Assembly: GCA_002633005.1 (NCBI GenBank)
Contig: NMRA01000445.1
Coordinates: 1-64,000, forward strand
Direction of reading: 5' to 3'
Length of the DNA stretch: 64,000 bases
Source of the DNA: Phoronis australis
Lineage: Eukaryota > Animalia > Phoronida
A program made the translations under genes and the position numbers. Under the pieces are notes generated by a model that made no database searches, was not told where the DNA came from, and saw nothing but the letters and a program-made list of their open reading frames with translations. This document shows, piece after piece, positions 51,901 to 62,421 of the stretch (its first letter is position 1; each line of letters begins with the position of its first letter).

Positions 51901-54900
51901 CACTAGGCCAATTCCTTCTCAAAATAATGAATATTGACGGAATAATAGTTTAGGCTTACTACAAGGAAGAGGTGTCGCTGACCCACAGAGCCTTTTTATG
52001 TAAGTGAACGTCACAGGCATCGACCATCCCCATGCAAAGTTTAGCGTTATTTGCTAACAGGAATACGTTATTCACTCCAGGTCCGTCGGAAGCGGAGGTC
52101 ACGCCAGTACGGAATGAAACCTTGGTGGCAACTGGTGGCTCAAAATTGGGTGAAAGTGTAGTGCGGTGGTGGTGTGGTGTGTTTTCATCGTTGTCTCTAA
52201 GGAAAATGGCAAGCAAGCGACGTCTGAGAGGGGTTAAAATGGTAGCGAGCGAGGACAGGGTTAAAGCCTCTCTGTTCTCGCTTGATAAATTTTCGCCTTC
52301 CTACGACAGGAATGCTATTGGATGTAGACAGATTTTCGCGTCAGTTCAAATTAAAAGCTATCCTACTACTGAAAAATTGCCTCGTTTTCGAATCGCATAA
52401 CCCCGACTTCCAGAAACGACTGATTAGCGCTAGTCTGTAACAATCACGACTTGTGGTGTGGATGATTTATAACAATAGCACGAGAGAACAATAACAACCA
52501 ATGCATGCTTTTGAATACAAGCTGCGAGTCATTGAAACGCTATCATTCTTTATGTCATCCCATTTTTCAATATTTTACAGTGCAGAATGATTGTTTCTGC
52601 AAAATATTTCCATTTTAATAGATTAGAAAAATCACAAAATTGACGGACGATTCAGTGGAACTATCCCCGTTAAGTCCAACTTGATATAATGTGCGCGTCA
52701 TTTTCATTATCACTTCCCCGGATGTTCCTGTTAGCCTCAAAGTATAAGACCGGCCCAAAATCTTGCACTGAAGAGACGTCAGAAAATTCGTCGTAAAACC
52801 CACGAGTAGTTTATTTTGGCATCATACCAAAAGTCACATTCTTCACAGTTTTAGCATGTTCTCTGAAACAATACACGTACTTGTGCTAGCAAGATTGTCG
52901 GAGAATTAGTGAGACGTGTCCACATCAAATGAAATGCAATGCCTGTTGTTTAAAATAATTACTTACTCGTAAAACAGTTGCCCGGCCGTCCATCTTGTAT
53001 TGTGTGAAGATTCATTCTTACAGCTTATGTCGTCCTTAGGCACCTTGCTTGCAACACGGTATTTTGAGAAACACCTATCGGCTTCGATAAAAAAATCGAA
53101 GGCTTGCTTGGCTTTCTTCCGTTTGACAGTACTCGATGTTATGTAGGAAACACCTGTAAATCCATTAGTGACGGTGAGGGCAACAATGATGATGAGGAAA
53201 AGGACGACGACGACGATAAGCCGTACAATACATGTTAGTTCATAGGCTACAATACAGTACTGTGGAGGTTGAAATCTGGGAAACCCCTTTAAGTTTATTG
53301 TTACCTAGTATGGCGACCGCCTTTGACTTGAATAGTTGAAATTTATTAAAGCGTGGAGTGATCGAAGTAAACAACATCAAGGAACCTCGATCCCGTGGCG
53401 AAGCCCAAACTTTGCAGTGCATTGAAGGCATGTGCAAGTGGTGGCGATGTGATCGATAAACTTCCGACCAAGCATGCGCATTGATGCCCACACACGGAAT
53501 TCCGGCCGTGTGTCGTTCATCATGTTTCCACAGGACCACTTTTAGTATACATGTAGGTGGCCGGCGCTGTGTCGAAGTGTACCCCATACTTTATCCTCTC
53601 ACACAGTGCCACCTATACTGAAAAGTGGACCTGTGGAAACATGATGAACGACATACGGAATTCCGTGAGTGGGCATCAATGCGCATGCTTAGTCGGAACT
53701 TTATCGTTCACATCGCCACCATGCAACTATTCAAGTTAAAATAGGTCGCCATACTACGTAACAGTAAACTGAAAGGGGCTTCCCAGACCTCAACCAATGG
53801 GAATGATTGAATATTATGACGTCAGTTTCATTACTTTAACCAACGAGAAGCCATGATAAACAACATTCCACAGTGCTACCTTTCGTAGCACTGTGAAAGA
53901 GTGTGAAGTATAGGTAAACTACTAAGACGATGGATGATACAAGACCAGTATTAACAATACTGATAGCTAATAATTAAATGACTACTTTTACGCAGTCTTA
54001 AAAGTTAACCAAACAGAACCTTTGCAATGCATGGGGTGGAATTCCACAAAAGATGGAAGGACTGTGCATTTATGAACTATTGTAACGTACGGCGTGTGGC
54101 AGTGCCAAGTGCACATTCGGCAGTAACAATTTCTGTAGCCTGTGCTTACTGGTTAAAGGGCATTACCGGAGTGAAAACTGATTTTCTGAGATTAGCCTCA
54201 CCCTTAATCGAACCTGGAACCGTCGTTTTGGTTGTGGAGCTATATCCTACGCGATAAGTGGCAGGGTGTTTTACGCGTATTTGACTGGTAAAAATCACTG
54301 CTCTTGCTTAACGTGAATGTCTGGCAGACAATTTACGATTTGTAATAAAATAGAAAAACATTACCTATTTTGTTATTTTATAGATCAGGTCAAAGCTAAT
54401 AAGTTCAAGAAGTCTATCTCATCCATCAATAATCTAATTTTTTCCGCCGTAAAAACGGTAATATCCCTTTAAGAAGAATTTTTCCAGGACACCCTCCGCC
54501 TTGTGCAAAGAGTAAAGTTTGTCCCTTTACAACGTATGCCAACACTAGCGTCACCATGGAAACACAAGTGGAGTTTATTTCATAAAAGATTAATCAAGGC
54601 TTTGGTGTTCATTTAGATATTAGACCATCAAAATGGCACTGTCAGTATTACAGTGGTACATTCAACGTCACTCGTGAACCTTGCAGTTGCCTTTTTCTCT
54701 GAGTTTATAATGAGATCGAGGAACCAAAACAGTCTGGTGTCAGACGCCAGTTGAATAGCTATGTATACTATTAATTACTATTAGCAGCGTGTCGCCCTGT
54801 TTAGCAGAGTAAAAACGAAAATCAATTTAAGCCTTATATTCTCATAGAACATTCTCATAATACTTACAGTGACAGGATTCAATTTTCAATACCAACACCG

Positions 54901-57900
54901 GCATAGAAACTGTCAGCGACTGAAGACACGCTTCAGGGCCTATTGGGGTTGCCCAACCCTAAAATTGTGGATTCGAAATTGGCGCGTGTACGCAATATGT
55001 TCGTGACTTGACTGAGTTGTCCGGTGAACACGGTCCTATTTTTAAATACCGACGCGTTTTATATTTAACATTGACAACCTAACACGAGTGAGATGTTGCT
55101 TTAACTACACGGGATAATTTTGTTTAACATGAATCTGGACAACTAACACCCTTTGATCATCAATACAGAAAAATGGATTTTACGGTAATTTTGATCTCTT
55201 CAGTATCAAATGAATCGCTTCCTATGTTTTCATCATTTTAGGACATAACAAGTCTTGCCTGTCGAAAGGTATCACTACTTGTCTTCGGTATTATTTCGTT
55301 TATAGGAATGACGAAACGGGATCATTTTTGATACACAAAGAGAATTTGCGATATATCGAATCTTGTTGACGTCATGTTGCAAGCACATCACGTGGAAACA
55401 ATTAACCTCCGTCTTAACTACTTGAATTGGGTGAATTATAACGCCCGTCATACAAGCTTTGTTTGTTTTAAAGTTTGTTTCATGAAATTGTCTATTAGAA
55501 TGAAGTAGAAATAGTGTCTCTATTAATACACAAGACAACATGTGGCTCGTGTCCGCTAGGTCTTTTACTTGTTCTCTGACTGACCTTTTCACGACCTCTG
55601 ACGGTCATTTGATGAACTATGACATCATATGAACGTAAAACGTTAATTCCTGAAGGTTTACCTAAACAGCCATCAGGAAATACACAATTCCGACACGTGT
55701 CTTCCTCGGTCTCGGCAATCACGTGCTTTGTTACAATCCATTGATAATCGGCAGTCGTTAAGGACAGCTCGTCGGCAACTTCAAAGATAACGTCACCTTC
55801 CTCACTAAGGTAATAAATCATATTATGTAATGCTAAGTAATTAATTATTGATTATCATTAGGTAAAAATATATTAAAGTTGATAAAAAGTAAACGGATAA
55901 CACTGTCACTGAATATGTTCGATTTCTCGTCAAATAATGACGATTTGATAATTACTCAACGCAAATTGTAAGACACTATAGGAAAGATGTTCACCAATCA
56001 TACCACTGTAAAGTAAAAAGAGTACGGCAAATGAAACGAAAGGGAATTTTGTTGTATAAAATCTATCTGGGGTTATCAAAAACTTGTTTTAGCACGTTAA
56101 CATGTGTGAGGTGCCGCAGTATCATTTGAATATTTGAAAAAAAAACACTGCGCTGTTACTCTCGTCTAAAGTCTGAAAACTGCTTCTACATTGGCATGCG
56201 TGATTTACACTCGAGGTGTATTGATCGACAGCCGCGGGAAAGACCGCCAATCTCGATTACAGACCCATATTACGGTAAGAAATCTCCAATTTGGAATAGT
56301 GAAAATTCATTATTTTGCTCAAGGTCGGAGCTTGGCCACAAATTGGTTGTCCCAAATTCAACAATAACAGTACAGACGTCAAAATTACCCACTTTTTAGA
56401 TTAAAATCACATTATCCGAAATTTGAGAAATATGGTGAACGACAAAATCGCACTTTTTCCAAATTCCAGAATCAAGGAAATTCAATTTTTTGCGGGAGTT
56501 TACGTGTTCCAAATTCCAGAGGAGAATTTTTACCGTACGTGCTGTGTTGTGCTCTCAGGGAGCGGAATTCATTGTGCTAAACCAGCAGACAGTACCGCTT
56601 CTGAATCACAAAGACGGGATTTAGAATCCTTTCAAAAGACACCTGAGATCATTTGCGGTGTTTAGATAGTAAATGGGACACGACGCAATATTTTGTTTAC
56701 ATTGGCGCATACTGCTCTTCTAATGTAATCATATTTAAAACTTACAGATTAGAATGCATAAGTATAATCCTGGCTTCTTGTGGAATTTCAGACAATTTCT
56801 CGTAAACCAATTTTCTGTCAGTCTGCAGAATTTTCACGATGGAAAGAATGTGAAACCTAAAACAGAGTATTAGAAATGAAACATTTCCACACACGAAGAC
56901 TACAGAGCAGGATCATGAAGCGGGTTGCTTCTTGAATTGTGCATTCCTTAACCTGAGGTCTTACGCAAGGTTACGAAGTGCACTACTTTAATCTCGCTGT
57001 ATTAAGCGACAACGGTCAAAATTATTAATTTTTATCGCACGACCACTAACAATTCGGTCCTCTGATTAGAGAACACAATACCAATAACTTCCGTTTATGA
57101 GGTGATGTTGATCGGAAGGCTTGGGATATTAATTTTCGTTCAGATCGACCGGACGTCAGATGTCCGACCTATTCGTAAACGGACCATCCAGACTGCAGAA
57201 ACCATAAGCTCCTGGCCGTGTAAACAAAACGATCACACCGTGCCAGTATACCAAAGCAAAGATGTTGACCAAAGTGAACATCCCAATCTAATAAGAGCCT
57301 ACAATTTCAGAGGAAAGAATGACCAGTATAATAAAAACAAACGTAGATCGAACCCTCGTGCACATTACGCCAACGTGGACGGATCCCAATGGTAATATCA
57401 CATGATACTGATGTCACACGTATTTGCAGAAAGTCTAGACTTTACATTGTTGCAACAACTCATTCAAGCAGTGAAATGCGCCTTGTACTAGTCGCCAAAC
57501 CCGTTTTCTTTCTTGCACAAGCACTCACCCTGATTTTTCGTTTAGTTCCTCCTTTCGTCTTAGACAGGACACAAACTCTTTGTGACCATCCGTTGCAGTT
57601 GTAACCACAACAAATTTCTTCCAGGAGTAGCGTATTAGCAGGTCAAACATGGTTTCGCATTGGTTATCGATGGACGGCACCAGTTGAAGATAATTTCTAT
57701 TTTGTACCTTAAATGAGATTTACATCGCACGTATAATGACGGCGCAAAATAAATGGTAAGCGTAAAAGTTTTGTACACACCCCATACCACAACCACATTT
57801 GTTTTTCAAAATAATTCAACTCCCAATACAGCAGATTGCCGCTTCCATATCTAGATGATATTTCAATCAAAATGCACTTCTCAAAAAGATAACGCATTTT

Positions 57901-59617
57901 TGAATTGGTGGATTTATTTCTCTCAAAATACAGTAAACAATGAAAAGCGCAATAGAAACATCAGAGCAACTAAATTGGTCAAAAAAGATAATGCTCCGCC
58001 CGACAGACGAACGATGAACTAATTGAGGCAGCACGACTCACTGTAACGTGCAGGAACGTAAGAAAACGACAGTATCTTACGAGGAGGCAATGTGGCCTAG
58101 TGTGATAGGTGCCCACCTTCTTTACTCGAGGTTCGTGGGTTCGAGTCCCATTAGGCCACATTGCCAGACCCTTGAGTCAGGTTTCTAGGTCCTCAGCTCG
58201 GTTTTAACTACACATGAATGAAAACAAAAATAGTTTCAGGTAATCAGTGCAATGGGCCCCATACACAGCCTGCACACGTCTGGTACAAGGTATGCCAGAC
58301 CGCCGGAAATTATTTTTTTAACAGAATCCTGCTGCCCGAAACGCTGGATGGAAGATGAAACGGAGAACACCTTGTCGATCGGTGTTTCACTCACCAAAGC
58401 GTTAGAAAAGAATGCTTTGGAAGTAAAGCAATGTCAGTGAAAACTCCCAAAACTAATAAAAACATTAAAACACTCGTAAAATTTCTCAAGCATGCTGGTA
58501 GACTTGCTGAGTATGAGTAGTGCCATTGAAGCACACTGTTTCTTGCAATAGGCCCGTAGAAGACCTATGTAACGTGTCGGCCTTTTTGTTTTGCGCACTT
58601 TGTTTCGCAAAATTCAGACACCACTCTCCCATTATTACTTTTCTATAACACATGGCATAACCAATATCTTATATGATTTACTTTGCCTACTCTTTTGGTT
58701 TCATAACTCGTACAGGCATGGTACTTTCTATTCTAATTTTGTGCCCACTCAATACAAGTATCCATTATTCCATACTCCAGCACCTAATGGTTTGCATAAA
58801 TAACTGTCTAATCTTAGTTTGCACTTGATGACCGTAGCATTAAAGCTGAAAATTCGAGTCTAAAATCGAAATTAAGAATATTTATTCGAAATCCCGAGTT
58901 TTCACTCGAGTTTTCAGCGCGAATTATATGTGAGTCATAAAGTGCCACCTTGTACTAGAAACTCATACGCTTAACCATAATATACTCGAACACAGACTAA
59001 TATACATTTATTTTGAGTTTGCACACAATTAGAATAGAAAATGCAAAAAATATTTTGAGTTCGATTTCGAGTACAAAGATTAGATTGCGGGCCCTGGTTC
59101 CGTGGTAATTGTGCAGTCCGTGGCTATGGTTTATGTGTTTGTAGGTTTCTGGCCTGGGGGTAGGCAGTTGGAAGTGTTTCGAATTTTTCTGTTTTAGTAC
59201 ATTTGAAATATTTTGATATTCAAAAGTTAGAAGCAAGTATAATTAGCCAATACTTACCGATAAACTTTTCGTCACCGCAGGATTCCAGCCCAGCAGCGGA
59301 ATAGACAGGCTCTCCGTGAGCGACATTAAAAATCTATATAAAAGCACCCTGGTTCGGTCGTAGATATCCGTGTTTGTGTTAATGAACACTATGGCAGTGA
59401 CATCATTTCTTATGAATTTATCGCATACTTCCTCGATCAGACCTAGTGGTGTTAGGTTATTGATGGTGAATGATTGGACTTTAATTGTATCATCTGAGCT
59501 TCGTAGCGCTCGCGTTACACCCCTGCAGTCGATTTTTGAACATATCAGGCCAAAGGATCCACCGCTGACTCGCTCCAGCAACCAACAACTCAAGATCACC
59601 GTCACCAGTCTCGTCAT
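30582..59617 (-). CDS. GRIN2: NMDA-type ionotropic glutamate receptor subunit GluN2 (invertebrate NR2), 16 coding exons, 1060 aa
   Basis: Exons 59617-59258, 57707-57529, 56856-56746, 55804-55662, 53153-52967, 50268-50139, 48169-47946, 47595-47448, 46509-46326, 44402-44277 (or 43666-43544), 35026-34806, 34545-34379, 33609-33425, 33224-32983, 32138-31975, 30993-30582 join in frame (3183 nt). Motifs: [72 protein letters not shown]-terminal ESTL. Confidence 0.96.
31058..31213. mobile_element. hAT-type MITE with perfect 14-bp TIR CAGTGCTGTAGTGG and 8-bp TSD (7/8 match)
   Basis: gccaaacc / CAGTGCTGTAGTGG ... CCACTACAGCACTG / cccaaacc; the same right end recurs at 70-83. Confidence 0.8.
31975..32138 (-). 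CDS. GRIN2: GluN2 exon 15 (proximal C-terminal domain)
   Basis: [12 protein letters not shown]...[28 protein letters not shown], the segment seen in protostome NR2 proteins. Confidence 0.92.
32219..32460. mobile_element. 242-bp MITE with 5-bp TSD CACCA
   Basis: CATGCGCGCACCCA ... TGGGTACGCACATG; CACCA on both flanks. Confidence 0.8.
32747..32909. mobile_element. Second, more decayed copy of the 25654-25809 MITE
   Basis: Collinear cggatttagag, gcagttcgggg, atcctggc and atccgcccct blocks. Confidence 0.75.
32983..33224 (-). CDS. GRIN2: GluN2 exon 14 (S2 end and M4)
   Basis: [13 protein letters not shown]...[31 protein letters not shown]...CGCCGLISL. Confidence 0.95.
33425..33609 (-). CDS. GRIN2: GluN2 exon 13 (S2)
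   Basis: [42 protein letters not shown]. Confidence 0.96.
33772..34013. mobile_element. 242-bp MITE with 5-bp TSD GTAGA
   Basis: CATGGGCGCACCCAG ... TTGGGTGCGCGCATG; GTAGA on both flanks; shares aacgagacaaaa and caggaatt with 32219-32460. Confidence 0.85.
34379..34545 (-). CDS. GRIN2: GluN2 exon 12 (S2)
   Basis: [21 protein letters not shown]...YM. Confidence 0.93.
34806..35026 (-). CDS. GRIN2: GluN2 exon 11 (M2 pore loop and M3)
   Basis: [28 protein letters not shown]...[11 protein letters not shown]. Confidence 0.97.
36005..36036. repeat. 32-bp perfect palindrome near a MITE-like end (ttcatgaaacgggctccag)
   Basis: CTTTTTAAAAAGACTTAAGTCTTTTTAAAAAG equals its own reverse complement. Confidence 0.85.
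36385..36660. repeat. Decayed relative of the TCTATCGATAG-subrepeat MITE at 45218-45442
   Basis: Multiple tctatcgata / atcgatag units after a cggcggctgt start. Confidence 0.55.
41700..43330 (-). mobile_element. Helentron-associated (HINE/DINE-1/pearl-like) element in GluN2 intron 10
   Basis: Minus strand starts ttatttttATGCGCCCACGT...ACGTGGGTGTAT (T-run, sub-TIR, inverted repeat), then cgtccg remnants, then degenerate tandem subunits. Distal end approximate. Confidence 0.55.
43544..43666 (-). CDS. GRIN2: GluN2 exon 10b (pre-M1/M1, alternative copy b; not in the ORF track in this frame)
   Basis: gattttcag / [41 protein letters not shown] / gtaaat; 123 nt, phase 1-1, no stops. Confidence 0.9.
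44277..44402 (-). CDS. GRIN2: GluN2 exon 10a (pre-M1/M1, alternative copy a)
   Basis: ttttcag / [42 protein letters not shown] / gtatca; 126 nt, phase 1-1. Confidence 0.9.
45218..45442. mobile_element. MITE with TIRs of about 50 bp (CGGTGGCTGTGA...) and internal 21-bp palindromic subrepeats
   Basis: GACGGCACGGCAACTATTTTTCTCC is mirrored at the right end; interior made of TCTATCGATAGAGTTAATAAG-like units; right flank TA. Confidence 0.85.
46326..46509 (-). CDS. GRIN2: GluN2 exon 9 (S1)
   Basis: WNGLVRSL...[29 protein letters not shown]...ISPTAFL. Confidence 0.95.
47126..47220. repeat. (ATAC)n microsatellite
   Basis: Direct observation. Confidence 0.95.
47448..47595 (-). CDS. GRIN2: GluN2 exon 8 (S1)
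   Basis: [33 protein letters not shown]. Confidence 0.93.
47946..48169 (-). CDS. GRIN2: GluN2 exon 7 (ATD-S1)
   Basis: VGTWNP...IQWPGG...[12 protein letters not shown]. Confidence 0.93.
50139..50268 (-). CDS. GRIN2: GluN2 exon 6 (ATD end)
   Basis: CLRNASL...[18 protein letters not shown]...NWNT; phase 2-0. Confidence 0.88.
52967..53153 (-). CDS. GRIN2: GluN2 exon 5 (ATD)
   Basis: VSYITSS...[21 protein letters not shown]; phase 1-2 fits both neighbours. Confidence 0.85.
53266..53797. mobile_element. Long foldback inverted repeat (arms of about 200 bp) in GluN2 intron 4
   Basis: 53266-53570 is an imperfect reverse complement of 53600-53797; the left arm has about 95 extra bp. Confidence 0.85.
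54157..54468. mobile_element. TTAA-flanked Kolobok-like MITE
   Basis: ttaa / AGGGCATTACCG ... CGGTAATATCCCT / ttaa. Confidence 0.65.
55662..55804 (-). CDS. GRIN2: GluN2 exon 4 (ATD)
   Basis: [25 protein letters not shown]...FPDGCL. Confidence 0.9.
56746..56856 (-). CDS. GRIN2: GluN2 exon 3 (ATD)
   Basis: FHILSIVKI...[11 protein letters not shown]; phase 2-2. Confidence 0.88.
57529..57707 (-). CDS. GRIN2: GluN2 exon 2 (ATD)
   Basis: [37 protein letters not shown]...; AG / GTGAGT. Confidence 0.9.
58086..58190 (+). mobile_element. tRNA-derived SINE head
   Basis: A-box TGGCCTAGTGTG, B-box GGTTCGAGTCC (58138-58148), followed by ccttgagtcagg SINE-body-like sequence; not a canonical cloverleaf. 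Confidence 0.6.
59258..59617 (-). CDS. GRIN2: GluN2 coding exon 1 (signal peptide, ATD start)
   Basis: [19 protein letters not shown]...VCDKF...IPLLGWNP; GTAAGT donor, phase 0. An acceptor at 59640-59641 suggests an upstream non-coding exon. Confidence 0.88.
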
Positions 59618-59940
59618 TTTTGCATTTAGTCACAGCGTCCTGGAAAAGTCAATGATATCAGTTCACATGTAAACCTCCCAACTGGGCCACAACAATGGGC
59701 GCGTAAGACAACGGGAAAAAAACACTGCTCCAGACGCATTCCAGCTGGTCCGGTCGCTTCTAGGTAAAAGAATGCCAATAGGAAGCTTTCGCAAACATAC
59801 GAATATGTTAACTATTCACCAGTACATGTCCACGTAGTACTCGGGTTATTACTACTAGTCTTTCGCAAATAAGATATATAGTGTATGCATGCTGTAACGA
59901 AGGAGGACAGGGTCTTATTGTATCATTTGTGACCACCGGT

Positions 59941-59983
59941 GGTCAGACTTGGCGGGGTCAACTCGGCGGGGTCAACTCGGCGG
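59941..59983. repeat. 14-bp tandem repeat (GGGGTCAACTCGGC), about 3 copies, upstream of GluN2 exon 1
   Basis: Direct observation. Confidence 0.8.
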
Positions 59984-61230
59984 CAAGACATCGATACTGA
60001 CGAAGTGACACCACTTTCAGATTTAGGATGCCCCGAGAGTGCTAACTAAATTTTCAAACTAAGAAGGAGAAACGTTCACGAAAGCCAAAAACGGTATATG
60101 TTACTTACTTATTTTCAAATGTGTGAACTATATTGACCCGGTGAGATGAGGTATTTCAAATCAAAGCTTCGCACCTTTTCTCAGATTCATTGGACATGCA
60201 CTATTGAACGCATTCACTGTACAGTATTTAACTTGCATTATTAATCTTTAAAATGTGAGAGAAGTAAATTTCGATATTATATTTTTACACGCGGATAGAT
60301 TTTCTCTAATTGCATCTAAACTTGTTGAAACATTCACTTTTTACAAGATTTGATTATAATTTGCAGACAGTTATTTGTGAAATTCCAGTCGATTTTCGCT
60401 GACGCGTAGACGTTAAATCAGAGACAATGAACTCTCGACATTCGAGTTCTCCGCGTGTGGAGCTGCGGGAATTGTTAAACAAATTTTCGGCAACTAAATG
60501 AATCTTGCGTCAATTTCGCGACGCACGTGCCCAGATCCTGACTGTGGACGCGGTTTGGGGAGCATGAGAGCTGAGCCATCCCATAGGGGGATGGAGGCTG
60601 TCCTTTCCGAGAAATTTTGAATTATTATTAAGACGTGTTACCGTAAATTCTGGTGCATTCTAGTGGTAGGCCCTATACTGTTAGGTCTTGAGTTCTTTAT
60701 ACAGCTATGGACTGATCGCAAGCGTGATATGCCCAAGGGACCGGTCGACGACCACTGCCAAAGTTTCTTAACTCAGATTTTTTGTCTCTCATTAGATTAG
60801 CCTAGTCTTACTTGCTTTTATGGTCTAGTGTTGTCTGCTCGCTTTGCAGACAGGGTTTATGGATTTTATGGCGACTGATCGCGACACCTGACGCTCGGTT
60901 ATCATGAACGAAAAGTGGCATTGCACTACCTATTACATTGCATTGGAAGTTATCAGGAGAAAGCGAAGGTAGTGAAATCGTCGTTTAGGATTGTCAATAC
61001 ATTGTGAGGCCCATACATCAGCTCTGTCTCGAAACAGATTCAGGTTTGTCGTTAACATTTGATCCACAAAAATCTCACCTCAGACAGGTTGATTTACGTA
61101 GCGAGTCCAGCATAAAACCTTCGCATTTCATAATTAGTACTTTCCTAATAACGACAACTACCGTTACCGACTAAAATATAATAGAGTAGATGCACATTTG
61201 CATATATACGATAAAGCTATTTTACTATAA

Positions 61231-61462
61231 ATGTATGTATGTTTACGTATGTTTACGTATGTGTGTATGTATGTACATGTATGTATGTATGTATGTATGT
61301 ATGTATGTATGTATGTATGTATGTATGTATGTATGTATGTATATTTACGTATGTGTGTATGTATGTACATGTATGTATGTATGTATGTATGTATGTATGT
61401 ATGTATTTATGTATGTATGTATGTATGTATGTATGTATGTATGTATGTATGTATGCATGTAT
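61231..61462. repeat. (GTAT)n microsatellite
   Basis: Direct observation; explains the MYVC / YIHT ORFs. Confidence 0.97.
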
Positions 61463-62294
61463 GGTGTACAACAGTCAGAGTGTAAACAGGTTTTAGAGTT
61501 GTGAACAGACGATGGTGTAGACTGCTGCCTATGACTGTCTAAGCACAATTACGACGATAACTTGAAAACCAGATAGACGTTTCAGATCAATTTAGTTTGC
61601 ACAATGTCAAATGATGGATTTTTGCCGCTGTTAAGAGGCCAGGCTGAAAAACAGAAACGACAATCCCTGAAACAAACGGTCACGGTTTGGGCTGGTTCGG
61701 TGGAAGCTTTCACCTCTTCTCAGCTTGTTCACAAAATTGTTTAAAACCTTCACTTTTGTTGTGGCTCATTTACAAGAGTACATTTCTCCAACCGGAAATT
61801 GCGCTTTCTTTGATACGATCGTGTGCCCAAGTGCTTGCTCTTCGTCGTATTCGGCGCTCTTATTCAATTCTTCGAAGTGTTGAGTGATCTAATATCGATT
61901 AGAAAACAGACCTGAGAGTAAAAAACTCACAGAGTTAGTGAACGCGTGTTGCCAAGAAAGTCACTTTAATTTTACTTGACAAAATTGTCCTTCTTCATTT
62001 TTAAAGCCTTGTTCTTACATAATTGACAACAGTGTAAAATGTCTTTCTTCATTCATTCAAGAGTGGCATTGGACCTGGGCAACATAAAGGTTATACGGTT
62101 GTGAAAAAAGCGTCTTGCAGTGGCAGACTCTGCCATAGTCTCTAGAGACTGTTAAACTCCGATTGGCTATTGCCACGCCTCTCATGTCAGTCATCACTGT
62201 TGGCGAACCTTCTCATTGCCCAGAAGATATGCTTGAGCTTTATTGTCTTGTACGGCAGAAGTGCCAATAAAACGAAAATAACATTCGAAAAAAA

Positions 62295-62421
62295 TCGTAA
62301 TAACGACTGTATTCTCGTGATAATGACTTTTACGATTTTTATTTCTCGTAATTACGACTTTTCACCGTAATTACGACTTTTTCTCGAATTAACGACCTTT
62401 CTCGCAATTACGACTTCTCGC
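62295..62421. repeat. Degenerate tandem repeat of about 20 bp (CTCGTAATTACGACTTTT)
   Basis: About six imperfect units. Confidence 0.75.

Noticed and set aside
58086-58162. tRNA gene
   Set aside because: A and B boxes are present but the acceptor and anticodon arms do not fit a cloverleaf, and SINE-like sequence follows.
61164-61548. MYVC / YIHT repeat proteins
   Set aside because: Translation of a (GTAT)n microsatellite; the same applies to 46968-47319.
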